DNA of 64,000 bases, taken from Candidatus Bathyarchaeia archaeon. GTDB lineage: Archaea > Thermoproteota > Bathyarchaeia > Bathyarchaeales > Bathycorpusculaceae. Every line of letters starts with the position of its first letter. Position 1 is the stretch's first letter. The notes under the pieces were generated by a model. It saw nothing but the letters and a program-made list of their open reading frames with translations, did no database searches and was not told where the DNA came from. Where the stretch lies: assembly GCA_049970895.1 (NCBI GenBank), contig JBMFMB010000001.1, forward strand, positions 32,001 to 96,000, read 5' to 3'. Of this stretch, positions 38,007-47,777 are shown one piece after another. The position numbers and the translations under genes are program-made.

Positions 38007-39653
38007 TTACTCGAACTCTGATGTTTCTTTAGGCTTCTCTTTCTCCTTTTCCTTCTCCTTCTCAATGCCCTTCGCTGCGATGACATCGTCAATCTTTAGT
38101 ATCATGTTCGCTGCTTCTGTGGCAGACTTGATGACTTGAAGCTTTACTCGCAATGGTTCCACAACGTTCAGCTCCAGCATGTCTCTGATCTTGCCGGTGA
38201 AAACGTCAACGCCAAAGGATGATGATGAGGCATTTTCATGAGCAGCCCTTAGGGCAACCATTATGTCAACAGGGTCTAAGCCAGCGTTTTCAGCCAATGT
38301 CAGCGGTATGGACTCAACAGCGTCTGCGAAAGCCTCTATGGCTAGTTGCTCGCGTCCACCAACTTTTACAGCGTAGTCCCTGAGTTGTTTAGCGACTTCA
38401 GCTTCTGGTGCGCCACCTCCAGGCACAATTTTTCCATCTTCAATGGCGTTTCTAACAACACACAGTGCATCATGCAGTGAGCGTTCAGCCTCGTCAACAA
38501 CGTGTTCTGTTCCACCTCTAACCACTATTGTTACAGCCTTCGGATTCTTGCACTCGCGTATGTAGACCAGTTTGTCATCGCCTATCTTGACCTCCTCAAC
38601 GAGTTTCGCCTCGCCGAGCACATCTGACGTTAAGTCTTTAACGCTGGCGACTATTTTGCCGCCAGTAGCCCTCGCCAGCTTCTCCATGTCGCTGCTGCTC
38701 ACGTTTTTAACTGCCAAAATTCCCTTCTTAGCCAAGAAGTGCAGTGCCACATCGTCTATGCCTTTCTCGCAGAAAACCACGTTGGCGCCCACCTCTGCAA
38801 TCTTGTCCACCATCTCGCGGAGCATGCGCTCCTCCTCATCCAGGAATAGCTTCATCTGCTCTGGGCTTTCAATGTTGATTTTGGCATCGAACTCCGTCTT
38901 CTCAATCTCCAGCTTGGCGTTTAACAGTGCAATCTTCGCGTTGTGGACTATTTTTGGCATCTGCGGGTGGGCCACTTCCTTGTCGATAACCATACCCCTA
39001 ACAAGCTCTGTTTCTTCAAGGCTCTTGCCATGCTTCTTCAAAATCTTGATTAGGTCAATATCAGCCTTAATCTTTCCGTCCTTTTCCTCGGCGACTTGCT
39101 TCACGGCTTCAACAGCCAGCTTTGCAAAGTGCTCTTTTGCTGCAGCTATGCCCTTGCTTCCCATCGAAGTTGTCGCAACATCCATAAGCTTCTTCTCATC
39201 GTTAATGCTTACTGGCAAAGCCATCTTCTCCAAAACTTCTCTGGCTTTTTCGCTGGCCTTCTTGAAACCCTCAATTATTATTGTCGGGTGGATGTTCTGG
39301 TCTAGGAGCTCCTCAGCTTTAACCAGCAACTCACCAGCTAGAACAGCAGCAGTTGTTGTCCCATCGCCAACCTCGTTGTCTTGTGCCTTTGCGACCTCCA
39401 CAAGCATTTTGGCTGCTGGATGCTGAACGTCAATCTCCTTCAATATTGTTGCGCCATCATTGGTTATTGTGACGTCGCCGAAGCTGCTGACAAGCATCTT
39501 GTCCATGCCTTTGGGTCCCAAAGTTGTTTTGACAAGCTCGGCTATTATCTTGGCTGCCGTAATATTGTTTCTCTGAGCTTCCCTTCCAGTGGTTCTTCCA
39601 GTTCCTTCCTTCAACACCAAAACCGGAACTGTTCCAGAGGGTATGGCCGCCAT
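38007..39653 (-). CDS. Thermosome (group II chaperonin) subunit, second paralog
   Basis: [37 protein letters not shown]. Confidence 0.97.
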   Translation of the reverse strand: MAAIPSGTVPVLVLKEGTGRTTGREAQRNNITAAKIIAELVKTTLGPKGMDKMLVSSFGDVTITNDGATILKEIDVQHPAAKMLVEVAKAQDNEVGDGTTTAAVLAGELLVKAEELLDQNIHPTIIIEGFKKASEKAREVLEKMALPVSINDEKKLMDVATTSMGSKGIAAAKEHFAKLAVEAVKQVAEEKDGKIKADIDLIKILKKHGKSLEETELVRGMVIDKEVAHPQMPKIVHNAKIALLNAKLEIEKTEFDAKINIESPEQMKLFLDEEERMLREMVDKIAEVGANVVFCEKGIDDVALHFLAKKGILAVKNVSSSDMEKLARATGGKIVASVKDLTSDVLGEAKLVEEVKIGDDKLVYIRECKNPKAVTIVVRGGTEHVVDEAERSLHDALCVVRNAIEDGKIVPGGGAPEAEVAKQLRDYAVKVGGREQLAIEAFADAVESIPLTLAENAGLDPVDIMVALRAAHENASSSSFGVDVFTGKIRDMLELNVVEPLRVKLQVIKSATEAANMILKIDDVIAAKGIEKEKEKEKEKPKETSEFE

Positions 39654-39735
39654 ACACCATCACCCCCTTCATCCCATTTTCGTGTTAGTAGGAAATGGCA
39701 AAATCACACGAAAAATTGCTTCTATATAAATTTTT

Positions 39736-40800
39736 CTAAACGCTTGCCTTAACAATTCTATAACCAGAAGCCTTCCTAAGACGGTTCATAACAGCCAAAC
39801 CCAACCCCTCAGTTGGCACACCCTCAGCAATTATGATTTCGACACCCTCAGCGTCAAACTCCCTTAAAAGCCTAAAAAGGTTCTTCGCAACCACGTCAAG
39901 GCGACTTCTGCTTCCAAGGGACTTCACAACATCAGCCCCATAGAGATTAGCAGTTTCATCAGTAGCTAAAACGCCAACCTTCATACCCCTCTCCCTGTAA
40001 AGGTTTACCAGCTCCATAACTTTTTTGACAGTGGCTGAAAGCTCGCCCTCAACAACAATTAGCTTCGCCTTTGGAGCATAATGCCTATGCTTCATTCCCG
40101 GTGAACGCGCCTTTTCAACAGGCAACCTTTTCTCTGCAACGGCAACTGGATGGAGCTCAACCCTACCAAGAACGGCCTCCAAAGCCTCACGCGGTGTCCC
40201 TCCAGGGCGGAGTATCTGGGGCGGGTCAACAGTCATGTCCAAAACAGTGGATTCCACACCAATCCTGGTTGGGCCGGCATCCAAAACAGCGTCTATTCGT
40301 CCATCAAGATCTTCAAGAACATGCTCAGCCGTCGTGGGACTTGGTCTTCCAGCAAGATTCGCGCTTGGAGCCGCAATGGGGCAGCCGCTTTCCCTGATTA
40401 GGGTTAAGGCTACATTATGTTTTGGCATCCTCACTGCTATTGTGTCCAAACCAGCCACAGTCACGTCAGGCACAACGGCGGAACGTTTGAAAACCAGCGT
40501 TAATGGGCCAGGCCAAAAGGTTTTCATTAGGATTTCTGCTTCGGCTGGAACAGCCCTTGCAAGCTTGTAAACATCTTCAAATTTTCCAACGTGAACTATT
40601 GGCGGGTTGTCCAGCGGACGTCTCTTAGCCCTAAAAAGCGTCAGAACAGCCTTGGCATTTAAGGCGTCGGCTCCCAAGCCATAAACCGTTTCCGTTGGAA
40701 AGGCTACTAAGCCGCCATTTCGTATTATGTTGGCTGCCTCTCGTATAATTTTGACTTCTGGATTTTCAGGGTTAACCTTAAACACCAAAGTCTTCTTCAT
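39736..40800 (-). CDS. sua5: L-threonylcarbamoyladenylate synthase Sua5
   Basis: PTETVYGLG, KRRP.DNP, APSAN..G.PSPT, SPGMK.RHYAP, SUA5 C-terminal domain. Confidence 0.95.
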   Translation of the reverse strand: MKKTLVFKVNPENPEVKIIREAANIIRNGGLVAFPTETVYGLGADALNAKAVLTLFRAKRRPLDNPPIVHVGKFEDVYKLARAVPAEAEILMKTFWPGPLTLVFKRSAVVPDVTVAGLDTIAVRMPKHNVALTLIRESGCPIAAPSANLAGRPSPTTAEHVLEDLDGRIDAVLDAGPTRIGVESTVLDMTVDPPQILRPGGTPREALEAVLGRVELHPVAVAEKRLPVEKARSPGMKHRHYAPKAKLIVVEGELSATVKKVMELVNLYRERGMKVGVLATDETANLYGADVVKSLGSRSRLDVVAKNLFRLLREFDAEGVEIIIAEGVPTEGLGLAVMNRLRKASGYRIVKASV

Positions 40801-40880
40801 AGGTTTCAGCCGTATTTATCGCTTTTAAAATGGCTTAAAACTTTGCTTAAACACGTTTAAATGGACGAGTGAAGCCTAAA

Positions 40881-41408
40881 CTATACCACATAGTAGTCTA
40901 TGACTTTCTTCATGCTTTTTGGCGCAGCTTGTCTCATGGCAAGTTGTTTGAGGATTTTTATCATTTGGGGTTGGAAGCGGGCTATATCAGTCAAGGTTAC
41001 AAGTCCTACGAGGCGTTTTCCGTCAACCACTGGCAACTTCTTAATTTTCATCTGAAACATCAGTTTTACTGCCTCTTCCAGTTCCATGTTTGGCTCCACA
41101 ACCACCAGCGGACTTGACATTACATCTTTAACCTTTGTTTTGTTAACGTCTCTGGCTTCGGCGACAACCCTTTTCAGAAGGTCCCTTTCAGTTATTATGC
41201 CGACGGCTTTTCCCTTCCTGACGGCTATTAGGCAGCCAATCTCAAACTTGTTCATGGCTTCGGCTGCCTCTTTGACGGTTGATTCCTCATCTATAGTTAT
41301 GACTTCTCTAACCATGACGTCTTCAACTTTGAGGGATAGTGGGCTTTCCTTTCTTGTTGATTCTTCCTCGTTTTCCACAAGGTCACCAAATTTTCTATAT
41401 GGAAACAA
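40881..41408 (-). CDS. CBS-domain pair protein
   Basis: VEDVM, GIITERD, KVKDVMSSP, IKKLPVV...GLVTLTD; start uncertain. Confidence 0.88.
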   Translation of the reverse strand: MFPYRKFGDLVENEEESTRKESPLSLKVEDVMVREVITIDEESTVKEAAEAMNKFEIGCLIAVRKGKAVGIITERDLLKRVVAEARDVNKTKVKDVMSSPLVVVEPNMELEEAVKLMFQMKIKKLPVVDGKRLVGLVTLTDIARFQPQMIKILKQLAMRQAAPKSMKKVIDYYVV

Positions 41409-41443
41409 GCATATATAATTTGACGCGTTTGCAAACAGACGCT

Positions 41444-42784
41444 TCAGTTTCCTAGCAGTTTCCGCGTCAACTCCTCAACACGTTTGCTGGCTGGTATCTG
41501 TGCCCTCTCAAACTTCTCTCTGGGCTTTGTTAAGGGTCTGGTGGCATCTAAACCCATTTTTGAGGTTAAACCCGTTTCCTGGTCTGCCGAAGAATCCAGT
41601 GTTGAGCCTCTGGCGTTCTCTATTATGATAAGGTCTTCTGAAGCTTGGAAACGTGTAGCAATAGCCCATTCAACATCCGCCATGTTGAAAACGTCGATAT
41701 CTGAGTCCACAACAACGGCGTGTTTAAGGCTTGGGTGAGCTGCAAAAGCCGCAAGTAAAGCATTTTTCCCATCGCCGTCAAGTTGTTTTTCGATGGATAT
41801 TACTGCGTGGAGCCATCCGCCACCGCCAACTGAAAGGTTTACAGCCTTAACTTTTGGCACAACTTTTGAAACAGCCTCATAAATCGAAGCTTCATGGGGG
41901 AGACCCATCAAAAGCCTATGCTCCATCCCGGAAGGCAAAAGCGCCTGATAAATATAGTCTCTACGGTGCATTACATTCACAATTTCAACGACGGGCTGTT
42001 TGCGCACAATGTCATACGTCCCAGTGATGTCCACCAGCGGACCTTCCGACACTTCCTTTGAAGCTGAAATTCTCCCTTCCAAGACAAGTTCCGCATCCGC
42101 TGGGGCATAGGCATCCACGTACTTGCACTTCACAAGCTCAAGTTTTCCACCCAAAAGCGTGTTTGCCACATCAAACTCATTAACCCCAAAAGGCACCGGA
42201 GATGAAGCCGCTAACATGACCGCTGGATGAACACCAACAGATATTGCCACGTCCAAGTCAACTTCCGCCTCCTTAGCAATCTGCCACAACTTATAGAGAT
42301 GCCTTGGAACCAAGCGTATTGCCAGATGCTTCTCGTCTAAAAGCTGTAAACGATGGATGGACACGTTTTCTATGGTTCTATCGAGGCTTTTTGCATGAAC
42401 AACAGCAGAAGTTATGTATGGACCAGCATCCCTCTCAAAATGGGTCAAAATTGGGATCTGCAGCAAGTCTGGTTCTTCAACAACCTCCTTGACAGCGCCA
42501 GCCTCAACAATTTTTGGCTTCCGCGGGTTACGCCAAGCCTCCAAAAGTTTTTGGTAAAGCCCTTCTGGTTCAACGCATAAGGCTTCGCAGATGCGCCTCC
42601 TTGTTCCGCAAACGTTTGCCACAATCTTGGTTTTTGAACCTTCAACATTTTCAAACATAAGTATTGGGCCGTTATCGAAGGCTTTCATTATGTAGGAGAT
42701 TTCAAAGTTTGTGGAAACCTCATCTTTAATGTGCAGTACTTCGCCCTTCTCCTCCATGTGCGCCAGAAAAGCCCTTAAGCTCAT
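41444..42784 (-). CDS. UbiD-family prFMN decarboxylase, possibly anhydromevalonate phosphate decarboxylase
   Basis: DAGPYIT, SIHR, EGP.VD.TGTYD, VVVDSDIDV, WAIATR, GSTLD, KMGLDAT. Confidence 0.88.
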   Translation of the reverse strand: MSLRAFLAHMEEKGEVLHIKDEVSTNFEISYIMKAFDNGPILMFENVEGSKTKIVANVCGTRRRICEALCVEPEGLYQKLLEAWRNPRKPKIVEAGAVKEVVEEPDLLQIPILTHFERDAGPYITSAVVHAKSLDRTIENVSIHRLQLLDEKHLAIRLVPRHLYKLWQIAKEAEVDLDVAISVGVHPAVMLAASSPVPFGVNEFDVANTLLGGKLELVKCKYVDAYAPADAELVLEGRISASKEVSEGPLVDITGTYDIVRKQPVVEIVNVMHRRDYIYQALLPSGMEHRLLMGLPHEASIYEAVSKVVPKVKAVNLSVGGGGWLHAVISIEKQLDGDGKNALLAAFAAHPSLKHAVVVDSDIDVFNMADVEWAIATRFQASEDLIIIENARGSTLDSSADQETGLTSKMGLDATRPLTKPREKFERAQIPASKRVEELTRKLLGN

Positions 42785-43170
42785 GTTAGACTCCCTTCTC
42801 GGCTTTCCAAACCCTCCATTTTCGGCTCTGTTAGGGTAACTCTTTCAATAAGCCTTTTGAAGATGGCTTGTGCTTGCATCTCGTCCATTTTCTCCAAGTA
42901 GACGGAGACTATGGCTATCTTGCCCTTTTTCGAAGCCAAATACTCGGCGAACATGCGGGCTGAAATAACATTCCTGTTACCAAGAATCACAGACGACGAT
43001 GGTAGTCCCGGAGTGTCTGGAGGTTTCGGGATGGCTATGGCAAGGGTTCCAAGCCTATCCTCATTCTCACTTAAAAGGATAAGGCAAGAGTTCTTTGTTT
43101 CAAGGTAAACAGCGAGAAAGTGAATGTTCTGCTCAACCAACTCGTCCTTAACGACTTTGGCCCGCTCCAT
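42781..43170 (-). CDS. Proteasome assembly chaperone 4 (PAC4/PSMG4)-like protein
   Basis: HF..L..S.LI..S...LGTLAIAIP...SSVILG...A..LA.K.GK...VSV.L pattern, matched by eye to the PAC4 family. Confidence 0.6.
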   Translation of the reverse strand: MERAKVVKDELVEQNIHFLAVYLETKNSCLILLSENEDRLGTLAIAIPKPPDTPGLPSSSVILGNRNVISARMFAEYLASKKGKIAIVSVYLEKMDEMQAQAIFKRLIERVTLTEPKMEGLESREGSLT

Positions 43171-43244
43171 CGCCAATTCTCCGATGTATATTTATAGCTT
43201 CTACACATTTGACTATTTATTACTTTCAAAAAGGAAAGACGAAA

Positions 43245-43901
43245 ATGGATAGGGAAAAGGCAGAAAAGATCCTTCAAATCCTACGGGAAAACTTCACGTT
43301 GCCAAAATGGGTTTCAGAGAATCACAACCCATTTGAAACCTTAATCATAACGATAATTTCCCAGAACACCTCCGACAGAAACACAGAAAAAGCTTTCGCA
43401 AAACTTTCAATGACCCTTCCAATAACCCCAAAGGCATTAGCAGGAGCCGAAACAAGCAAAATTGAGGAATGCTTAAAAGTCGCGGGGCTTTATCGGAACA
43501 AAGCCAGAATAATAAAGCAAGTTTCAAAGATAATCCTTGAAGAATTTGGCGGAAAACTCGAAACAATTTTGGCTTTACCCTTCGAAAAGGCAAGAGAGAG
43601 ACTTATGCTGCTTCCAGGTGTTGGTCCGAAAACTGCTGATGTTCTGCTTCTTTTCTCGGCGAACAAGCCGACAATACCTGTGGACACCCATGTGAAACGT
43701 GTTTCTAAAAGGCTTGGGCTCGCACCTGCTAACGGCAGCTATGATAGTGTTCGCGAATCTCTCCAGCGATTATACAAGCCAGAAGACTATTTTGAGGTTC
43801 ACATACTCCTAATCTTGCTGGGGAGAAAGTACTGTAAAGCCAGAAAACCCCTATGCAAGCCATGCCCAGTTAAGATGCTATGCCCATCAAGAGCTGAATA
43901 G
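43245..43901 (+). CDS. nth: Endonuclease III (HhH-GPD glycosylase, 4Fe-4S)
   Basis: PFETLI.TIISQNT, LPGVGPKTA, VDTHV.R, C.ARKPLC..CP....C. Confidence 0.93.
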   Translation: MDREKAEKILQILRENFTLPKWVSENHNPFETLIITIISQNTSDRNTEKAFAKLSMTLPITPKALAGAETSKIEECLKVAGLYRNKARIIKQVSKIILEEFGGKLETILALPFEKARERLMLLPGVGPKTADVLLLFSANKPTIPVDTHVKRVSKRLGLAPANGSYDSVRESLQRLYKPEDYFEVHILLILLGRKYCKARKPLCKPCPVKMLCPSRAE

Positions 43902-43902
43902 C

Positions 43903-45201
43903 CTATAATTGTTTGACACTTTCATCTATTATTGGAGGGGCAACTTCCTTTAGATTTTCATCTAGCCTCACTCTTCCGAAGATAACTGTTGCTATGCCGT
44001 TGGAAACTGGCGTAAAGATTTTCACAACCTTTCTTCTGTAGTCGATTTCCCTTAAAACGCCTATTCCGAGAAACTTTCCTTCACCGTTGTATAGGGCTAG
44101 GAGCAAGCCCTTCTCATCTCCCTTAAATGTGACCACAACTCTTTTGCCAAGGACTTCTTCAGCCCGTCTAACGTTTTCAGGGTTTATCCAACGGTTTCTG
44201 CCAATGACCACGTAAACTTTGTCTTTCAACTCAACCATGTATAGGGGTTTCATTCCCAGCAAGTCGTAAATTTCCCTCTCCCTTCTTCTGTCCAGAAAGT
44301 TTTTGCCAGGAACTAAGATTTCCTCGCTTTCAATTTTAAGCCAGCTTAATGGTATGGATTGAACCCTTGAATTTTTCAGGTATTTTATGTAGCCCAGCTC
44401 TCGGAGATTTCTGCGTTTGTCTCTGCTTCTCTGTTTTATGGTCTGCGGAGAATCAATAACGAATGTTTTGAAGGCCTTAACAGCCTTTAAAAGGGGTTTC
44501 AGCTTCTCATCCTGCTGTATGCAGTAGATTATGCTTGGGCCAATTTTCTCTATAAGCTGAACCTTATAGTTTACTGCGTCTTCCCCCTCCACCCAACCAT
44601 CCGTATTCACAACAACAAAGTCCGGATTACTGCCCAAAATTTCACTCTTCAGCAATGTCAACCCATGAATTACCTTTTCTATGGCTCTGCTTGGCGAGGT
44701 TACGCCCACGAAGAAGGCATTTTTTGCCTCTAGGTTGAAAAGGTCTGTGACATGCCGCGGCACAATTGCATAAGCCAATGTGCATGGGGGACCAATGTCA
44801 GACTGCCCCAAATCTCCGTCTAAAATGGCTACTTTATGTTTTTTATTCAAGAGCCTATTCACCAAGTATGTGCAGAAACTTGTTTTCCCAGAATCAACTG
44901 TTCCTAAAACTAGGGCAATAGCTGGTCTTGTTTGGATGGCAGATAGTTCTTCGTAGGCTTTTTCCCATGAAGGCGGAATTGTGTTTCCCTCAACCTCTTC
45001 CACGTTTGCGTTCTCACCAAGTGCCACATTGAAGGCTGCTGATTCTCTCACGAAGAAGGGCATCCTTTTACCGTCTCTTATCACGACTTTTTCCATGTTC
45101 CGCAACATATAGCCGAAAACCTCAGCCTTTCCAGAAAACAGCGTAACCGATGCTGGTCCATCAACTAACAGTGTTTTTCCACTTGCAACGTTTATGTCCA
45201 T
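43903..45201 (-). CDS. Polynucleotide 5'-OH kinase, Clp1/Grc3/NOL9 family
   Basis: GTVDSGKTS, DGDLGQSDIGPP, NTDGW, lid motif R...R...RE. Confidence 0.9.
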   Translation of the reverse strand: MDINVASGKTLLVDGPASVTLFSGKAEVFGYMLRNMEKVVIRDGKRMPFFVRESAAFNVALGENANVEEVEGNTIPPSWEKAYEELSAIQTRPAIALVLGTVDSGKTSFCTYLVNRLLNKKHKVAILDGDLGQSDIGPPCTLAYAIVPRHVTDLFNLEAKNAFFVGVTSPSRAIEKVIHGLTLLKSEILGSNPDFVVVNTDGWVEGEDAVNYKVQLIEKIGPSIIYCIQQDEKLKPLLKAVKAFKTFVIDSPQTIKQRSRDKRRNLRELGYIKYLKNSRVQSIPLSWLKIESEEILVPGKNFLDRRREREIYDLLGMKPLYMVELKDKVYVVIGRNRWINPENVRRAEEVLGKRVVVTFKGDEKGLLLALYNGEGKFLGIGVLREIDYRRKVVKIFTPVSNGIATVIFGRVRLDENLKEVAPPIIDESVKQL

Positions 45202-45839
45202 TATTCTCCTCTCCTAGCGTAGACTTGCCCGTTTCTCCTAGCAATTTTTATGGCTGAAACTATGTCCCTCAAACCTCTCCTATGCTTTGAATCGCTAATG
45301 TAGCGGTCTGTTCCGGCCTCGCTGACACTTTCCAATATTATGTTTTTGGGAAGTTTCCTATCAAGGGCTTTTAAAAGCCTTTCCTTATATTCTGGAATGC
45401 CATCACCAACTTTAACGGCAATCATGGACGCCCTAATATCCTTAAGGCTTTTTATTATGTTCTCTATTTCGCTCAGTGTTTCGTTTATGCCAAAACAGTT
45501 TCCAGTTCTAATAACTTTTCCATCAGCCAGAACAGCCAAGCCTAAAACTTCGCCTGGGTCAACACCTATAACTATCTGCTCGTAGGAGTCTTTTCCCTCT
45601 ATAAGCTGCAGTGTCTGGTTCACCAAAGCTTGCAGGTCCATTCCATCCTCATAAACGAGAACATTTTCGTGGTTTATGTGGGGGCGCTCCTTCTCGGTTG
45701 TTATTACAACTTTTATCTCTAGGGGTATGGGCTCGTAGGGTGTTAAGCTTATGAAGGGCACGTTAGCCTTCTTCAACTCGTTAACTATTAAGTAGTAGGC
45801 TTTCCCTGAAACTGTTGCCACCGCCACTTTAGCCCTCAT
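45201..45839 (-). CDS. RNase H-fold protein (YqgF/RuvC-like) with an extra N-terminal domain
   Basis: IGVDPG...GLAV, VGDG, VSEAGT, DIVSAIKI acidic motifs; stop overlaps the kinase ATG (TAATG). Confidence 0.65.
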   Translation of the reverse strand: MRAKVAVATVSGKAYYLIVNELKKANVPFISLTPYEPIPLEIKVVITTEKERPHINHENVLVYEDGMDLQALVNQTLQLIEGKDSYEQIVIGVDPGEVLGLAVLADGKVIRTGNCFGINETLSEIENIIKSLKDIRASMIAVKVGDGIPEYKERLLKALDRKLPKNIILESVSEAGTDRYISDSKHRRGLRDIVSAIKIARRNGQVYARRGE

Positions 45840-45907
45840 ACAATCTTCCTAGACTGTTCCTTTTCAACAACAAATTATTATTTCGCACCTTATATCTATT
45901 GATGTGC

Positions 45908-46621
45908 ATGCCATTGCTACAGAAGATACCGACAAACTTTAAAATGCTCGACGAAGCCCTCGAAGGAGGCTTCCCAGCAGGCGAGGTCAGCCTAATATAC
46001 GGAGAAGCAGAAACAGCAAAAACAACCTTGGCAATACAATGTGCAGTGAGCTGCGCCAAACAAGGATACAAAACATTTTTTGTGGATTGTGACGGCACAT
46101 TCTCCGCTAGAAGACTCTCACAAATCGCATCTGAAAACGCTGAAAAGGTGGCGGAACTTATAATTCTCGCAAGGCCAAAAAGCTTCAAGGAGCAGGCACT
46201 TGTCATAGACCAACTAGCCAACTATGTAGCCAAGGGCTTTGGACTTGTCGTTGTGGATACGGCAACATTCCTATACCGCATGGAAGTGGCAGAAAATCCA
46301 GACAAAACATTCGAGCTTAACCGCGAACTAAATAGGCAGATGGCTTTGCTGGCACAGACTGCCAAAACGCAGAAAGTGGCCATCATGGTCCTAAGCCAAG
46401 TTAGAAGCGTATTTGATGAGGCTTATGTGGATGTTGAACCAGTCGCCACAAGAGTGCTGAAGTTTTGGGCAAACACGATAATTGCAATGAAACCAACAGA
46501 AGATCCAAAAATCGTTAGGATAATCGTAGAGAAAAAGGCAAAAATGGCTGAACAATTCACATGTTACGCAAAAATAACCGAGAAAGGGCTGTGTGAACTT
46601 CCACAAAAGCGTGAAGGATAA
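45908..46621 (+). CDS. radB: RadB / RecA-family ATPase
   Basis: IPT....LD..L.GG, IYGEAETAKT, LVVVD, YR.E, SQVRS; no RadA N-terminal domain. Confidence 0.82.
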   Translation: MPLLQKIPTNFKMLDEALEGGFPAGEVSLIYGEAETAKTTLAIQCAVSCAKQGYKTFFVDCDGTFSARRLSQIASENAEKVAELIILARPKSFKEQALVIDQLANYVAKGFGLVVVDTATFLYRMEVAENPDKTFELNRELNRQMALLAQTAKTQKVAIMVLSQVRSVFDEAYVDVEPVATRVLKFWANTIIAMKPTEDPKIVRIIVEKKAKMAEQFTCYAKITEKGLCELPQKREG

Positions 46622-46624
46622 AGG

Positions 46625-47131
46625 ATGAACGCAATTGCAAAACTGGTTGCCGAAGCCATAAAATTCATATTTCCAGCCTACTGCGCCAACGCCATACCGG
46701 TGCTTGCCGGTGGAGGCTTGCCCATAGACCTTGGAAGAAAATTTTTGGATGGAAAACCAATATTTGGGAAAAACAAAACTTTTAGAGGCTTTTTCTCCGG
46801 GTTGATTATTGGAACAGCGGTTGGCTTCGCAGAAGCCGCCATTTTCCAAGAATATGGCAGTATAGGTTATTTCGGCTTTGTGCTTTCAATGGGCGCCCTC
46901 CTCGGCGATTTGGCAGGAGCATTCATAAAAAGGAGGTTGGGGATACCGCCGGGAGGGCTTTTGCCCATAGTGGACCAAGTGGACTTTGTGGTTGGGGCTT
47001 TAATATTCGCTTTTCCATTACGGGTGTTATATCTTGAGCTTGTTTTGGCTGTGCTTATTATAACGCCGCCACTGCACATGACAACAAACTTTGCAGCCTA
47101 CAAGCTTGGATTAAAAAGCAGCCCATGGTGA
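46625..47131 (+). CDS. carS: CDP-archaeol synthase
   Basis: PAY.AN..PV, PID.G..F.DG..IFG..KT.RG, GDL..AFIKRRLG, DQ.DF, LK..PW. Confidence 0.93.
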   Translation: MNAIAKLVAEAIKFIFPAYCANAIPVLAGGGLPIDLGRKFLDGKPIFGKNKTFRGFFSGLIIGTAVGFAEAAIFQEYGSIGYFGFVLSMGALLGDLAGAFIKRRLGIPPGGLLPIVDQVDFVVGALIFAFPLRVLYLELVLAVLIITPPLHMTTNFAAYKLGLKSSPW

Positions 47132-47140
47132 AAAGGGGGT

Positions 47141-47560
47141 TTATACACCTTTCCAGTAGTGCAGCACAGCCTCTAAAGAGATGTATGCCACAAATAAGAG
47201 AACAGCGCCTATCATAAACGTCAAATAGGCTTGTCTAGGCTTGTAGGCATATTTTGTGCTCTGGTAAATGAGCAATGCTCCGGAGACACCCATGGCGAAT
47301 AGAATCATTGATATGAGGCTGTCTGAAACCCATTGCTCGGACAACTGCGGATAAACAAAGAGGAAACGTCCACCATAATAGACGGCAGGTAGAGGCTTCA
47401 CAATAATTAGGTGCAATCCGCCTCCGTACAGGAAGACAGCCACAGCCATGGCAATTACTGCAATAGCGAAGGGTGAAGGCCTAATTGATGATATCTTTGT
47501 GTAAAGCCTCTGCAATGAATAGGACAGCGAAACTGCTGTTTTTTTGGCTTTACGCGCCAC
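47141..47560 (-). CDS. OSTC/DC2 (OST3/OST6 family) oligosaccharyltransferase accessory subunit-like membrane protein
   Basis: Three TM helices; PS...FL.GG....IV.P...F......Q.....L.S..LF.MG..G...S...R...IG.V pattern matches eukaryotic OSTC by eye. Confidence 0.7.
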   Translation of the reverse strand: MARKAKKTAVSLSYSLQRLYTKISSIRPSPFAIAVIAMAVAVFLYGGGLHLIIVKPLPAVYYGGRFLFVYPQLSEQWVSDSLISMILFAMGVSGALLIYQSTKYAYKPRQAYLTFMIGAVLLFVAYISLEAVLHYWKGV

Positions 47561-47777
47561 CTTTTTCCTCTCCAGTTTTTATTAGGTGCTCTGCCACCTC
47601 TCTGGCCCATTCACCAGTAAATGGATTCTTAACAATCTCACTTAAATACTCTTTCCAAGAAATCTCTAAGGCTTTCCTCCAAATCTCATACTTCTTCATA
47701 ATACTCTGATAGGCTCTAGCATGCAGTTCGCAATAACCGTTTTCAACAGCCTCTCTATTGCACACTGCGCATTTCAA
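47550..47777 (-). CDS. Small Zn-binding hypothetical protein
   Basis: CAVC...YCELH; overlaps both neighbours, suggesting an operon. Confidence 0.7.
   Translation of the reverse strand: MKCAVCNREAVENGYCELHARAYQSIMKKYEIWRKALEISWKEYLSEIVKNPFTGEWAREVAEHLIKTGEEKGGA

Noticed and set aside
38030-38065. (EK)n low-complexity repeat at the thermosome C-terminus
   Set aside because: Ordinary charged disordered tail of group II chaperonins
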